A DNA stretch of 54,038 bases from Candidatus Uhrbacteria bacterium (lineage in GTDB: Bacteria > Patescibacteriota > Patescibacteriia > UBA9934 > GWF2-40-263), in NCBI GenBank assembly GCA_903843045.1, contig CAIMOJ010000017.1, positions 1 to 54,038 on the forward strand. The letters are read 5' to 3'. Below are positions 27,507 to 38,037 of the stretch, piece after piece. The position numbers were made by a program, and so were the translations under genes. Within the stretch, counting starts at the first letter, position 1; each line of letters opens with the position of its first letter. The notes under the pieces were generated by a model. It had not been told where the DNA came from and ran no database searches. It worked only from the letters and a program-made list of their open reading frames with translations.

Positions 27507-28115
27507 CTACGCCTGCGCCGCGGGCTGCGTGGGCTGCGCCGCGAGGGTGTGGTCGGCCACGACCTTGGCGATCTGCTGGGTGGTGAGGCGGCGGTGGGTG
27601 CCATAGGCCTGGCGGAAGGCGTCCCACGCGTCGCCGTCGCGGATCTGGATGCGCGCCGCGACGATCACGCGCTTGTCGGCGTCGTCGGCCTGGCGCTCGG
27701 CGTGGCCCTTCGCGGGTGGCTCCGTCGCCTTGCCGCCGTTCATTACGTGGATGCGCGGCGGCCAGTTCGCCGGGTTCGTGCGGTCGGTTGGGCTGACAAC
27801 CGGCGCGGCGGCCGCCTCGTTCTCCCTGCGCGTGGCATGGGAGAGAACTCCCGCCACCTGGCCCGGCGTCAGGTCGAGCTCCACGCACACGGCGTCGCGG
27901 GCGTGCTGCATCCAGACGAAGTTGCTCACGGCGCGGTTGGCCGCGACGATCTTCGGCTTGTCGTCCTCCGTCACGTCGCGCGTGATCTCCCTCGGGACGC
28001 CGTTCGCGGCGTTGAAGCCGACCTTGCGCGCGAGCCCCCGCAGGAGCGCGAGCTCCCGGGCCGTCGCGAGCGTGCGTTCCGCGGTATCTTCCAGCGCCTT
28101 CAGTGCGTCTTGCAT
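27507..28115 (-). CDS. Hypothetical protein
   Basis: GAGGAG/AAGGA RBS; downstream of the 28128-29159 gene; terminator at 27469-27500. Confidence 0.6.
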   Translation of the reverse strand: MQDALKALEDTAERTLATARELALLRGLARKVGFNAANGVPREITRDVTEDDKPKIVAANRAVSNFVWMQHARDAVCVELDLTPGQVAGVLSHATRRENEAAAAPVVSPTDRTNPANWPPRIHVMNGGKATEPPAKGHAERQADDADKRVIVAARIQIRDGDAWDAFRQAYGTHRRLTTQQIAKVVADHTLAAQPTQPAAQA

Positions 28116-28127
28116 GGTCCTTCTCCT

Positions 28128-29159
28128 CTACGGGTTGTTGATCGTGACTTCCATCCCTTCGGACGAGATGTAGGTCAGGGGGGTGCGGAATGCCAGGTCC
28201 CAGACCTGGCGGAGCAAGTCCTGGACGGTCCTTCCGTCCGCGTGGTCCACGGCATAGAACCGCACGAACCAGGTCTGCATCGGCTGGTGCTGCGGCGAGT
28301 AGTACAGGAAGTGCCGGAACGCGGTGGGCCACATGGTGACCGTCCGCCGCCCGAGCGCCTCCGCGAGGCCGCGGTCGCGCGTGAGGCGAAACGCCTTCGT
28401 CGAACGCGTGTCCTTCAGCGAGTCCCGGATCCTGCGGATGCCGGGCGAGATCGCGTCGCGAAGGTACGCCCCGTCATACGTTCCATACGCGGACCCAGAC
28501 CCGTCCATGAGGCCCATCCCGATGACGAGCCACCAGAGAAACCCGAGCTCGCGGCACAAATGCGTGATCGGCTTCGCTTCCGCGCAGGGAAGCATCCCCG
28601 CGATGATCGCGTACCGCCGTTCCATGATCCCGAGCTGCGTGACCACCTGGTCGAGGTCGTCGATGCCGGACGCGAACTTGCTCGCGTGCTCGATCCCGTT
28701 GGCGATGCCATGGACGCGCGCCGCGTAGCTTGTCACGGCCAGGTGCGCCGCGTCGTCGCCGTTCGGCGGAAGCAGGCGGAACAGCGAGAGAATCTCGGCC
28801 GCGTGCGAGTCGTACCCGCCCTCCAGGTCCACGTTCGCGAACCAGAGCCGGGGCGACCGCTCGCGCATCAGGATTTCGGCCGCGTCGAGAACCGACCCGG
28901 CGATGAGCCGAATGCCCTGCGCGCGGTCGATCACGTCGGGAAGGCGATCGAGATCCCGCTCCGCCCCGACCAGCTGGCCGGGCGCGATCCCCTTGGCAAG
29001 GTAGCCCGTAAGCTCCAGGTTTTCCCAGCTGGGAAGGTAGAGCCCGATCGGCCTGAGCGGCCCGCGGGCAGGACGGACATGGTCGAAGGACTCGGGAAGA
29101 AAGCTCATCCACGCGTCCCGCATCCGGTTCTTTGGCGCGTTATCGTGGCTGTGGTACAT
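28128..29159 (-). CDS. Hypothetical protein, possible class I SAM-methyltransferase-like fold
   Basis: LYLPS..LVGAERD..IAGSV..FANVDLEG pattern; RBS aaagga. Confidence 0.5.
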   Translation of the reverse strand: MYHSHDNAPKNRMRDAWMSFLPESFDHVRPARGPLRPIGLYLPSWENLELTGYLAKGIAPGQLVGAERDLDRLPDVIDRAQGIRLIAGSVLDAAEILMRERSPRLWFANVDLEGGYDSHAAEILSLFRLLPPNGDDAAHLAVTSYAARVHGIANGIEHASKFASGIDDLDQVVTQLGIMERRYAIIAGMLPCAEAKPITHLCRELGFLWWLVIGMGLMDGSGSAYGTYDGAYLRDAISPGIRRIRDSLKDTRSTKAFRLTRDRGLAEALGRRTVTMWPTAFRHFLYYSPQHQPMQTWFVRFYAVDHADGRTVQDLLRQVWDLAFRTPLTYISSEGMEVTINNP

Positions 29160-29280
29160 GGTTCCTTTCTTACGCCAACCCATTCGGCGCAAGGCGAAAA
29201 CCTATCAGATCATTGACAATTGGTCAAGGATCGCATAGGGTAGGCCACCGCCCCTTCACAATTCAACCGGAGAAAGATAG

Positions 29281-30906
29281 ATGGAAAACAACGGCAATAT
29301 CCCAGACGGCGTCCCGCTCTTCACGTACGACATGCATCCGCACGCGTACGTGCAGGAAAGGATCTGCGAAGACATCGCAACCGCGAAGCGCATCCACAAG
29401 ATGCTTCGCGGCCAGGCGGAAAACATCGCCAAGCGCGACGGGATCCCGATCGAAAGCGCCTTCGTCAGGACATTCGAATCGCACCGCGACAGCCGCGTGA
29501 TGACGGAATTCCGCATGGCGTTCAACGCGGAAAACCTCCTGGGAAGGCTCTATTGGGGATTCACGTATCCCGAGGAAAACGAAGCAATGCTTCGGTGGAT
29601 CCAAGAGCGGTTCAAGTCCGTGTGGGCCGGCAAGGAGCCGGCCGGCCAGGCGGCGCTGTTCGAGAGGTGCCTGTTCGGAATCGTCCGGGTCATCTACGGG
29701 CACATGTCGTGCGGCTTCGTCATGAAGACGACGGCCGAGTACGTCCCGATGCGCGACATCACGGACGCGCTCGACCTCTGGGCCGAGGTAAACTGGCGCG
29801 TGCCGTTCTGCCACTACCGCCGCCTGCTCCAGGCCGCCGAGGTTCGGAACCTGCCGCGCGCCAAGATCGCGACGCTCCTTCGGACGCACGGGACCGCGCG
29901 GCTCGGGGACATCATCCAGCTGCTGATCGACGACGCGCTCAGCCCGGCGCTTCTCGACGAGTTCCTCGCCGAGCCCGCGCTCTTCGCCGCGCTCTCCTAC
30001 GACGACGTCCGCGCGATCATCCCGACGCGGACGGACGAGCCGTTCCGCGACGTCGCGCGGACGCTGGCAAACATCCTGCCGTCGCTGTCCAAGGCGCCGG
30101 CGAAGAAGGACGATCCGCCGATCCGGCGCGGGCTCGTCATGGCGCTGGACGGCCTGCTGCCCGGATGGAGGAGCTCCGCGACCGTCACGACGAAGCGGGA
30201 AGACGTCGCCCTGAAGGTCTCCGCGTTCGACCACGTCCTCGACGCGAACGCCTTCGTTCCGATTGACCGCGCGATCCTCCAGGGAAAGAAGGCGGACGCG
30301 GAGCCCCAGGCCATCCTGGACGAAAGGAGTACGGCAACGGAGCAGAAGGTCGCGCTCGTCAAGCGGGTCACCGCCGGGCTGAGCGACGTGTGTCCGCACA
30401 TCGAGCGCAACCTGGCGCATGCGCACAGGGACCTCGGGATCGAGATCGACGTGGCGGGCATCGACGAGAAGATCGTCCTGTTCGCCCAGATGGTCACCGT
30501 GCACCTCCCGTGCCTCGAGAGCAATCCGGCCGTACTCAACTCGATGAGGACCGGGGACGTGTGCTTCGGGACGTTCGTCCTGTTCAGCTGGTGGGGAGGC
30601 GAGGTGGCCCCGTGCGTGTGCATGGAGCTCTCGCATCTGCTCGCCATCCGCGGAATCGCGCCCCAGGCCCGGCTCGATCTCCTCCCCCGTCTCTTTCAGC
30701 CCGAACGCGCGGCAGACCTCCTCGGCCTCGCGCGCCGCGCCGAATTCGATGCCGAGGAAGTCGGCGTCATGATCCGTTCGTCGGAGGTCATGGAGCGCAA
30801 CGACTTCGCATCCCTCGTCCGCATGCTCGCCGAGTGGAGGCATGACAACCGCAAGCACAGCCTCTACCGCTACGACCGCAGCCCGCTTCGATCCGCCTCG
30901 CCCTGA
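29281..30906 (+). CDS. Hypothetical protein (541 aa)
   Basis: Long ORF; TTGACA at 29213; ggag RBS. Confidence 0.7.
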   Translation: MENNGNIPDGVPLFTYDMHPHAYVQERICEDIATAKRIHKMLRGQAENIAKRDGIPIESAFVRTFESHRDSRVMTEFRMAFNAENLLGRLYWGFTYPEENEAMLRWIQERFKSVWAGKEPAGQAALFERCLFGIVRVIYGHMSCGFVMKTTAEYVPMRDITDALDLWAEVNWRVPFCHYRRLLQAAEVRNLPRAKIATLLRTHGTARLGDIIQLLIDDALSPALLDEFLAEPALFAALSYDDVRAIIPTRTDEPFRDVARTLANILPSLSKAPAKKDDPPIRRGLVMALDGLLPGWRSSATVTTKREDVALKVSAFDHVLDANAFVPIDRAILQGKKADAEPQAILDERSTATEQKVALVKRVTAGLSDVCPHIERNLAHAHRDLGIEIDVAGIDEKIVLFAQMVTVHLPCLESNPAVLNSMRTGDVCFGTFVLFSWWGGEVAPCVCMELSHLLAIRGIAPQARLDLLPRLFQPERAADLLGLARRAEFDAEEVGVMIRSSEVMERNDFASLVRMLAEWRHDNRKHSLYRYDRSPLRSASP

Positions 30907-31009
30907 GACGGATCTTTTTTATTCCTACGGCGGGGTTGCGAATAACGAATTAGTTACTTATTACACACATGCAACGGATTGCTACGAATGTTTCAAAATA
31001 AACTTCCAC

Positions 31010-31245
31010 CCGGTCGCCGCCCTGCCGGAGCGACCCAGCCGAGCCAATTTTTCGCGTCCTGGCGTAGGAGCGGATGGCCGGGCGGAAGGTTCTCTTTGGT
31101 TACTTTCTCTGTCCGCCTGCAGAGAAAGTGACGCGGGTGCAGGGGTTGAGGCGCAGAGAGAAGCCAACTGCTTGGCTTCGAACCGCCGAAACGGGCAGGA
31201 CGATGCCGAAGGCCGGACTGCCCCGGGGCAGCGCCTGCGGAAAAC
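31010..31245 (-). repeat. Structured REP/MITE-like repeat, copy C (central deletion, insertion near one end)
   Basis: Shares gccgccctgccggagcgacccagcc and ctctttggttactttctctg..cagagaaagt with copy B. Confidence 0.75.
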
Positions 31246-31357
31246 AACTTCAACCCGGTCGCCTCGACCGCCCCATCGCTTGACCCCATCCCTAATTTCT
31301 GATACGTTCCCCGTCCGGCACGCGCCGGAAAGCTTCCTCAAAACCCCAGGAGAACCT

Positions 31358-33133
31358 TTGGCCAGACACAACAAACGCCCACGCAGCCAGGACCCGAAAA
31401 ACCACGACGCGAAGGGGATCAAGGAGCGCGTCGTTCGCGCCTCCTCCGCCACAGAATGGCTTGTCGGTCCCGTGAAGGATTGCAAGATCCAGCCAGGAAC
31501 CTGGCAGCCCGGCCAGAAGCCCGTCGTCCACGAGCGCCCCGTCATCATCCTCCCGGAGATCTCTCCGGCGGACATCGTCGAGTTCGTCGACGCGGACGAG
31601 ATGGCCGTCGACGAAGCGGTCGTCGCAACGGAAACGATCGTGCCATCCGTTGAGCCCGAACACGAGTACGGGCCGGACACATCGCTCTGGACGGAACGCC
31701 CGCCCTTCGACGACGAGCCGATCCTGTTCACGCACGGCCCCGACCCGTTCGAGCCTGTCGTCGCGCCCGCAGTCCCTGAGCCCGTCGCTCCGCCCGCCCC
31801 GGCCCCGTATGCGGACTACCCCTTCGAGGACATGGTCCTCTTCGCGGAGCAGCTCGGCGACGAGGAGGTGCGGATTCGCAACGCCTGCGCCGACAACGAT
31901 CCCGACCTGCGCGCCCTTGCCGTCCTCGCGGTCGATTCGACCGCCATGACGCACGTCGCCCTCGGCGACATCGACGGCGCGAAGGAGGCGGCGAGCGACG
32001 TCAGGATCAAGACGGAAAAGTGCCTGGACACCCTGCGCGTCCGGCTCGCGAAGCCCGTCGTCATCGTCGAGCGTCCTCCGCTCTCGGAACCGGAACAGCG
32101 CGCCGCGGCGATCGCCTATCTCGGGCGTACCGTCGCGAGCTTCACGGAACAGTCGCTTGCGCTGCGCGTTTCGGCTTCCGAGCTGGACGAGCTCGCGAGG
32201 AGCGTCAGCCTCGGATACCTCCGGACGCGCGCCGCATGGGACGCGCTCATGGACCGGCTGTCCGACGCATGGCGGCCGCTCAGCGTGGCCGTCCTGTTCT
32301 ACCAGGCGCAGAAGCCCGACGCCTCGCAGGAAACGCTCTCAAGCTTCCGCGCGGTCGCCGACCGCGTCCTGGCCGAAGAGAAGAACATGGACGAGGCAAG
32401 GGAGGCGAACGAGTCCGCCGTCGAGCGCATCCATAAGATGCACGCGACCTGGATGGACAGCCGAAACCGCGCGCAGGAAATCCGACAGAAGTTCCACTCC
32501 GTCCGCGCGGCCTGCCAGGTGTTCGACGTCCTGGAGGGAGCCTTCGCCAAGACCCTCGAGGCGGGGATCGAGACGTGCGACCGCGCGCTCGAGGACATGG
32601 ACGGAGCAAAGGCGCTCGTCGCCTTCGAGCCGCTGTCGTGCCCGAACGACATCGCACGCGTCCAGTCGCAGTTCCCCCAGATCCGCGAGCTGCTCGCACG
32701 TCTGAGCCAGCGCGGCGCATCCGAGCTTGGATCCATGATGCTGATGGCCTACCACGTCGCGGTACCTGCCGACGGACGGTCGAACGGAAGGACGCCGCAG
32801 GTGGTCGCAAAGATGCTCCATCGCGGAGGCGTCATCGCGGAGTCGGAGATCGCGCTCGCGCGGGACGCGATCAAGCCGGAGCTCGAACGATTGTTCAACA
32901 AGTCCGTAAAGGGACGGTTTACCCTCTACGTGCCGAACGCGCTCGGACGCACCGTCGCGACGGGCTGGCTCTCGGAACACTCGGACGCGACGGACTTCGA
33001 GGCGAAAATCCTCGAGGCGAGGCGCGTCATCAATGCCGAACAGCGCCAGGCGATGCTCGAACGCATCGCGCGAAAGAAGGCGGCAAACGAAGCCGCCGCC
33101 GTGGAATCGGACGAGGACGAGGAAGCCTGCTGA
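31358..33133 (+). CDS. Hypothetical protein with Pro/acidic-rich N-terminus and helical/coiled-coil body
   Basis: TTG start after AGGAG; the ORF-track extension upstream runs through a repeat. Confidence 0.65.
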   Translation: MARHNKRPRSQDPKNHDAKGIKERVVRASSATEWLVGPVKDCKIQPGTWQPGQKPVVHERPVIILPEISPADIVEFVDADEMAVDEAVVATETIVPSVEPEHEYGPDTSLWTERPPFDDEPILFTHGPDPFEPVVAPAVPEPVAPPAPAPYADYPFEDMVLFAEQLGDEEVRIRNACADNDPDLRALAVLAVDSTAMTHVALGDIDGAKEAASDVRIKTEKCLDTLRVRLAKPVVIVERPPLSEPEQRAAAIAYLGRTVASFTEQSLALRVSASELDELARSVSLGYLRTRAAWDALMDRLSDAWRPLSVAVLFYQAQKPDASQETLSSFRAVADRVLAEEKNMDEAREANESAVERIHKMHATWMDSRNRAQEIRQKFHSVRAACQVFDVLEGAFAKTLEAGIETCDRALEDMDGAKALVAFEPLSCPNDIARVQSQFPQIRELLARLSQRGASELGSMMLMAYHVAVPADGRSNGRTPQVVAKMLHRGGVIAESEIALARDAIKPELERLFNKSVKGRFTLYVPNALGRTVATGWLSEHSDATDFEAKILEARRVINAEQRQAMLERIARKKAANEAAAVESDEDEEAC

Positions 33134-33192
33134 ACGCCAAGCCCGACCGTCTGGTCGGGTATTTTTTTATCAAAAAAAAGACCAGGGAGAGA

Positions 33193-34248
33193 TTATCCCT
33201 GGGCGGTGTCGGGCACGACGATGTCGTCGTAGTAGAGGTATGCGCCTCGCAAACGGAGGAGCCGTTCGGGATCGTCGACGCTCGGCCCGGCGGGCTTGCG
33301 TTCCATGAGCGCCGCGAGCTCGCGTTCCCAGGCGTTTCGCGTCTCGGCGCGCGACTCGATCTCGCGGATCGCCTCTTCGATCGACTCCTTGGACCGGATC
33401 GTCCGCAGGGCCGGCTTGGCATCTGCGACGGGCGTGGCGGAAGACGATGAGGGTTGGAGGCGCAGGACTACGAAGCGCTGCGTACGCTCAGCCGTGGGAC
33501 CCGCTGGTGCGGCAACCGGATCGGCGGCGGGCGGATCGGCGGGCTTCTCCGTCGGCTTCGACGGAATGGCGGGCTTCCCATCGGTCGCGCCGGGCTCGAC
33601 GGGTTCGACGGGAACGTAGGTCGTCCCGTCCCGGGCGGTCGCGGACCTGCCGGTCAGGCGGTGCTTCCTCGGCCCCTTTTCGACAGGGACCACCTCGATG
33701 GCGCCAGCCTCAGTGAGCAGACGAAGCCGGTCGTAGTACGTCGGCATCTTCCAGTCCGACGCGACGGCACGGTGTCCTTCGCCCCCGAGGAACTCGGTGC
33801 GGCCGTAGTGCTCGTCGAGCTTCCGGAGAAGATCGACGGCCAGGGCGGAGACGAATACCGGCTCGTCGTTCCCGGACTCCGCGGGGGCATCCTGCGGATC
33901 CTCCGACGCGGGGGCGGGAACGGGCCAGAACTGGGTCAGCGTGCCGCTCACTTTCGCGAAGACCGACTTGTCGACGAACGCGATCCGCGACCGGTTCTTC
34001 TCCTGGGCACCGTCGCAGCCAAGGAATCCTGCGCGTTCGAGGTTGAACAGGATGAGCGCGTAGTTGCCGAGGTGCTTCAGGATCTCCTTGCACTGCTCGA
34101 ACGGAACGGGCCTGCGCCCGCCCTCGAGGTAGGCAGTGGCCATGACGACCGCGCCCTTCGCGAGGTTTTCGCTCACCTTGATCTGATTCGGACCGACCGG
34201 GGCTCCGGCCCTCTCAACGACCTGCTGTTCCAACGTAAGGGCTTCCAT
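33193..34248 (-). CDS. Hypothetical protein with possible winged-helix segment
   Basis: YYDRLRLLTEAGAIEVV..GPRKHRLT; GAGGAG RBS. Confidence 0.55.
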   Translation of the reverse strand: MEALTLEQQVVERAGAPVGPNQIKVSENLAKGAVVMATAYLEGGRRPVPFEQCKEILKHLGNYALILFNLERAGFLGCDGAQEKNRSRIAFVDKSVFAKVSGTLTQFWPVPAPASEDPQDAPAESGNDEPVFVSALAVDLLRKLDEHYGRTEFLGGEGHRAVASDWKMPTYYDRLRLLTEAGAIEVVPVEKGPRKHRLTGRSATARDGTTYVPVEPVEPGATDGKPAIPSKPTEKPADPPAADPVAAPAGPTAERTQRFVVLRLQPSSSSATPVADAKPALRTIRSKESIEEAIREIESRAETRNAWERELAALMERKPAGPSVDDPERLLRLRGAYLYYDDIVVPDTAQG

Positions 34249-34412
34249 GTGACTCCTCTGGTTTTGCCTCCGACGACGTGCCGGAGCGAGAACCCTATGC
34301 GGTCTTGCCAATTTTGTCAATGTCTGATATGTTCCCAACCTTCTGGATGCCCGGCCGTCGGGCGCCAGAACGACGTTTCCCAATCGAACAGCACAAAACA
34401 AAAGGAGAGGAC

Positions 34413-35882
34413 ATGACCGGAACATGGAAAAAGCTTGAACGGATGCCAGCGGGCCGCGAGGCCACCCTCGGGAACGCCCTGCGTGCCTGGATGGAGCTGA
34501 ACGGCGTGAACATCCACGAGGCCGCCGCGTTCCTCCAGGAAAGTGGCGTCAAGGGGTCCGCGAAGAACATCCACAGCTGGATGAACAACGATCCCGCCGG
34601 CGAGCTGTTCAGCGCCCAGACAAAGGCGCTCCTTGCCGCGACGGGAATCCAGGCGGATCCCATCATCGTGGCGGCCGCGAAGGAGGCGGCGATCGCGAAG
34701 GACGCCACGCTCGAGCAGGTCATCTCGTTCGACACGCTCTGCACGCGCGCGGAGATTCTCACGCGGCTCTCGGAGATCGTGGAGTCATACAGCGGAAACG
34801 CGAAGCTCGTCGCGCGGGTCATCGGCATTCACGACCGAAGCATCTGCGCGTGGAAGGGCGGCTCGCACCTTCCCGCCGGCGACAACCTCGAGAGGCTCGT
34901 CGTCGCGCTCAGCCGCGGGGTCTTTCCGGCGACCTGCCAGGAAGATTACCACCTGTTCCACCTGTGCCGCGAGATGTTTGGCCTTCCGACCGACGCGGTC
35001 TTCCCCGGAATCACGCGGTTCGAGCACGTGCTCGACGCGCTCGCGAAGGAGCTTGGCGACACGAACTCGGGCCCCGAGAAAATCCGGGTGTACGGGATGA
35101 GCGTCAACGCCGCGAACCAGATGCGGAAATGGCTTCCGTGCGAGAACAAGCTTCCCATGGAATCCGTCACCCGCGTCGTGCGCGCGCTGGTCAGCCTGCG
35201 CTATCCGCAGACGCTCTCCGCGTACGACGAACGAGCAAAGGAGCTCATCGAGACGGACGAGGTCCGCGAGAAGATCGCCCTCGACGGAACGGTCCCGGCA
35301 AGGAAGTCGCCGAGGACGGTTGCGCCTGCAAAGGCGGTCGCGCCGGCGAAGGAGATCGTCCCGGACCCAGTCCGGCCGGTCGAGGCGGCCATTCCCGAGC
35401 CGGAACGCGCGCTCGACCCGTCTCCGGCGCCGATCGACGACGCGTTCCTCGCGAGGCTGAAGGCCGGCGTTCCGCACCTGCGGGCGCTCGTCGACGTCCT
35501 CGATCCCGAGGGCGCGAAGCCGAAGGAACGGACCTTCGAGTCGACGCTCGGCGAGACGGTCGACGGGATGCGGAACTGCCTCGGCGAGTCCGGGTTTCCG
35601 AACTTCCCCGACGGAACGGCATCTCCCGAGGCCGTCGCGAAGTTCATGGAGGCATACGCGCTCTTCCGCGGAATGCTGCTCGCCCTGAGCGGCATTCCCG
35701 AAGCGGAACGGGTGAAGGTGAGGAACGCGCTGCGAGGGACCGTCGAGGAGACGATCCTCCTCGAGTACGGCGTGTTCAGATACGACGACACGAGCGCGGC
35801 CTTCCGCATCATCAAGGGCAATCTCGACATGGGCCGGAAGGAACGCCGGTCCGCAACCACAACGACCAGCAGGAGCAGATAG
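34413..35882 (+). CDS. Multi-HTH (XRE-like) protein
   Basis: LRAWMELNGVNIHEAA..SAKNIHSWMN and AKLVARVIGIHDRSICAWKGG..P; AAGGAG RBS. Confidence 0.6.
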   Translation: MTGTWKKLERMPAGREATLGNALRAWMELNGVNIHEAAAFLQESGVKGSAKNIHSWMNNDPAGELFSAQTKALLAATGIQADPIIVAAAKEAAIAKDATLEQVISFDTLCTRAEILTRLSEIVESYSGNAKLVARVIGIHDRSICAWKGGSHLPAGDNLERLVVALSRGVFPATCQEDYHLFHLCREMFGLPTDAVFPGITRFEHVLDALAKELGDTNSGPEKIRVYGMSVNAANQMRKWLPCENKLPMESVTRVVRALVSLRYPQTLSAYDERAKELIETDEVREKIALDGTVPARKSPRTVAPAKAVAPAKEIVPDPVRPVEAAIPEPERALDPSPAPIDDAFLARLKAGVPHLRALVDVLDPEGAKPKERTFESTLGETVDGMRNCLGESGFPNFPDGTASPEAVAKFMEAYALFRGMLLALSGIPEAERVKVRNALRGTVEETILLEYGVFRYDDTSAAFRIIKGNLDMGRKERRSATTTTSRSR

Positions 35883-35884
35883 CC

Positions 35885-37956
35885 ATGACCGCAACGCAAA
35901 CCGACAAGCAGACCAGGAAGCCCGCGCAACGCACCGAACGGGTTCGCTCCGGAATCAACCCCGACGTATTCTTCCAGAGCACGCGCCCGTCCAAGGACTA
36001 CAACCGCGCGATCGCCGAGTTCATAAGAACGAGCTCGACTACCGCGTCCGCGGGACGGTCCCCTGCATCGCGGTCCAGTACTTCATGGAAGGAACGACGA
36101 AGTGCGTGGGGATCACGGGCCAGGGACGCGGCGCAAGCGAGGCGGGCCGCCAGGGCCTGACGAGCTGGGGCGAGTCCGAGGGGCGCGGCGACGGGAGCAA
36201 AACCGGCGACAAGGGCAGCGGATCGAAGGGTGCCATCTGGCACTGCAAGGAGGTCGTCATCGAGACGGTCCCCGAGCCGGGAAAGCTGTACAGCGTCAGC
36301 TACACCGTCGAGGAGCTGCTCGCGTGGATCCTGCGTCACGAGGAGCACGAGTGGGTCATCTCGGACAAGCCGGTCCGCCATCCGATCCGCACCACCGGGA
36401 CGCGCGTCATCCTGCGCGGCCTCGGCGAGGGCACCGGGTACCTGTACCGCGAAAAGCCGCTCGTAAACCCGAAGGAGGTTCGCACCGCGGAGCGCCTGGT
36501 CGCGGAGCTCGCGGAGCGCCTGCCGCCGAACGCCCATCGGTTCGTCACCATCACGGACTACGACGGAACCACCAAGCCGCTGCAGGTTCGGAAGATCGAG
36601 GGCGAGCCCATCATCGGGGAGGCGCTCAGCGTCCCTGGCGTCGGCGACGTCAGCTGGGACATGGCCGTCGTGGCCAACCGCAATCCCGACCTCGACGGTC
36701 TCAAGATCGGCGCGGACGGAACCAACACCACCTGGCAGGAGTTCGCCCGGCTCATCCGCCGGAACAAGCGGCTCGCGACGCTCCTCGCCCAGGTCGACGA
36801 GGCGTTCGGCAACCCGCGCCTGTCGGGACTCATCAACGTCCCGAAGCTGAACGAGTACCGCGCGATCGGCTCCGGCGCGTTCGAGGCCGACATCGCCGAC
36901 GACGAGGCGTTCTGTGAGGGGCTGCTCATCACCCTCATCGACCGCCCGCTTCCCGGCGTCAACAAGGCGCTCAGGACGGACACGGCGCGCGTCACCACCG
37001 ACCAGCGCACGTTCGTCGCGGAAATCGTCCAGTCGATCCACGCGGCGACCGGCGAGAAGCCGACCGGACCCGGACAGAAGACGAAGGTCTCCAACCACAA
37101 GAAGACCATCACGGTCGAGGCGGGCGAGACCCACGAGATCGAGGTGGTCCTGCCGCCCGGGATCGACGCGGTATGGAACGTTCGGAATTGCGGCGGGACA
37201 CTCAACGTCAAGCGCGGCAACACGATCGCGTACACGGCCGGCAAGACGTGCGGGAACGACTTCGTCCTCGTCGCGAACAATCGCGCCGACGCGACGCACG
37301 TCCTATTCGAGATCCGCATCGTGATCGTGGAGAGGATCCCGTTCGCGTTCGAGGCGCTCTACCGCCTCTTCACGAACGAGCGCAAGCGCATCAACCTCGA
37401 CCCCCGCGCCGTGAGGCACACTTCCGGGAAGGTCGTCATCGAGCTTGCGAAGACCCAGGCCCCGGACAGCCCGACCGACGTTCGGATCGAGCACAAGGCC
37501 GGCGACGCGGAAGCCTACGTCGTCTCCGGAACGCAGACCGGGTTCGTGGAGGTGGTCGCCTACGACCGCGACCAGCCGACCCTGTACCACGCCAGCGCGC
37601 GCGTCTTCGTCGAGCCGGGCACCCGCGACCGCGCGAAGCCGACCTCCGCGCTCGACACGGCGTTCGTCTACAACGGACGCCGGTACGAGGTGGCCATCTC
37701 GAGCTACTCCGGTGACCCGGAAGCCCTGCGTCACGCGAGCTACCTCACCCGGGGCACCGAGCGGGAAACCATCACGGTCAACCTCGACCACCCCATGTTC
37801 AACGGGGTCCCGGACGCGGTTCGGCGGGCCATGTGCCTGAACCAGATCTCGTTCCGCATCGCCGAGGCGCAGAGCCCCGACGGAGCGACCGGGGACATGG
37901 TGATGCAGGAGTGCTCGGTCATCTACGCCACCATCTCCGCGGGAAAGTCCGCCTAG
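35885..37956 (+). pseudogene. MORC-like GHKL ATPase split by a 1-bp frameshift at about 36024
   Basis: Frame 2 gives RAIAEFI and frame 1 continues KNELDY (ExxxNxxD); then GxG, GDKGSGSKG, TGTRV; C-terminal VNLDHPMF. Confidence 0.7.
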
Positions 37957-38037
37957 TCGGCTCTCGGCCATCGTCCCCTGACGATGGCCTTTTTCTTTGA
38001 CAAACCGCCCGTCCCACGCTAGAATCCCGGCACAAAT

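Noticed and set aside
30842-31357. N-terminal extension of the 763-aa ORF (likewise the starts at 1454, 2242, 19916, 23801, 34278 and 47703)
   Set aside because: Read-through of repeats, promoters or upstream genes; better RBS-supported starts lie downstream
1-37956. Prophage or ICE
   Set aside because: No structural, terminase, integrase, relaxase or conjugation genes recognised in the window
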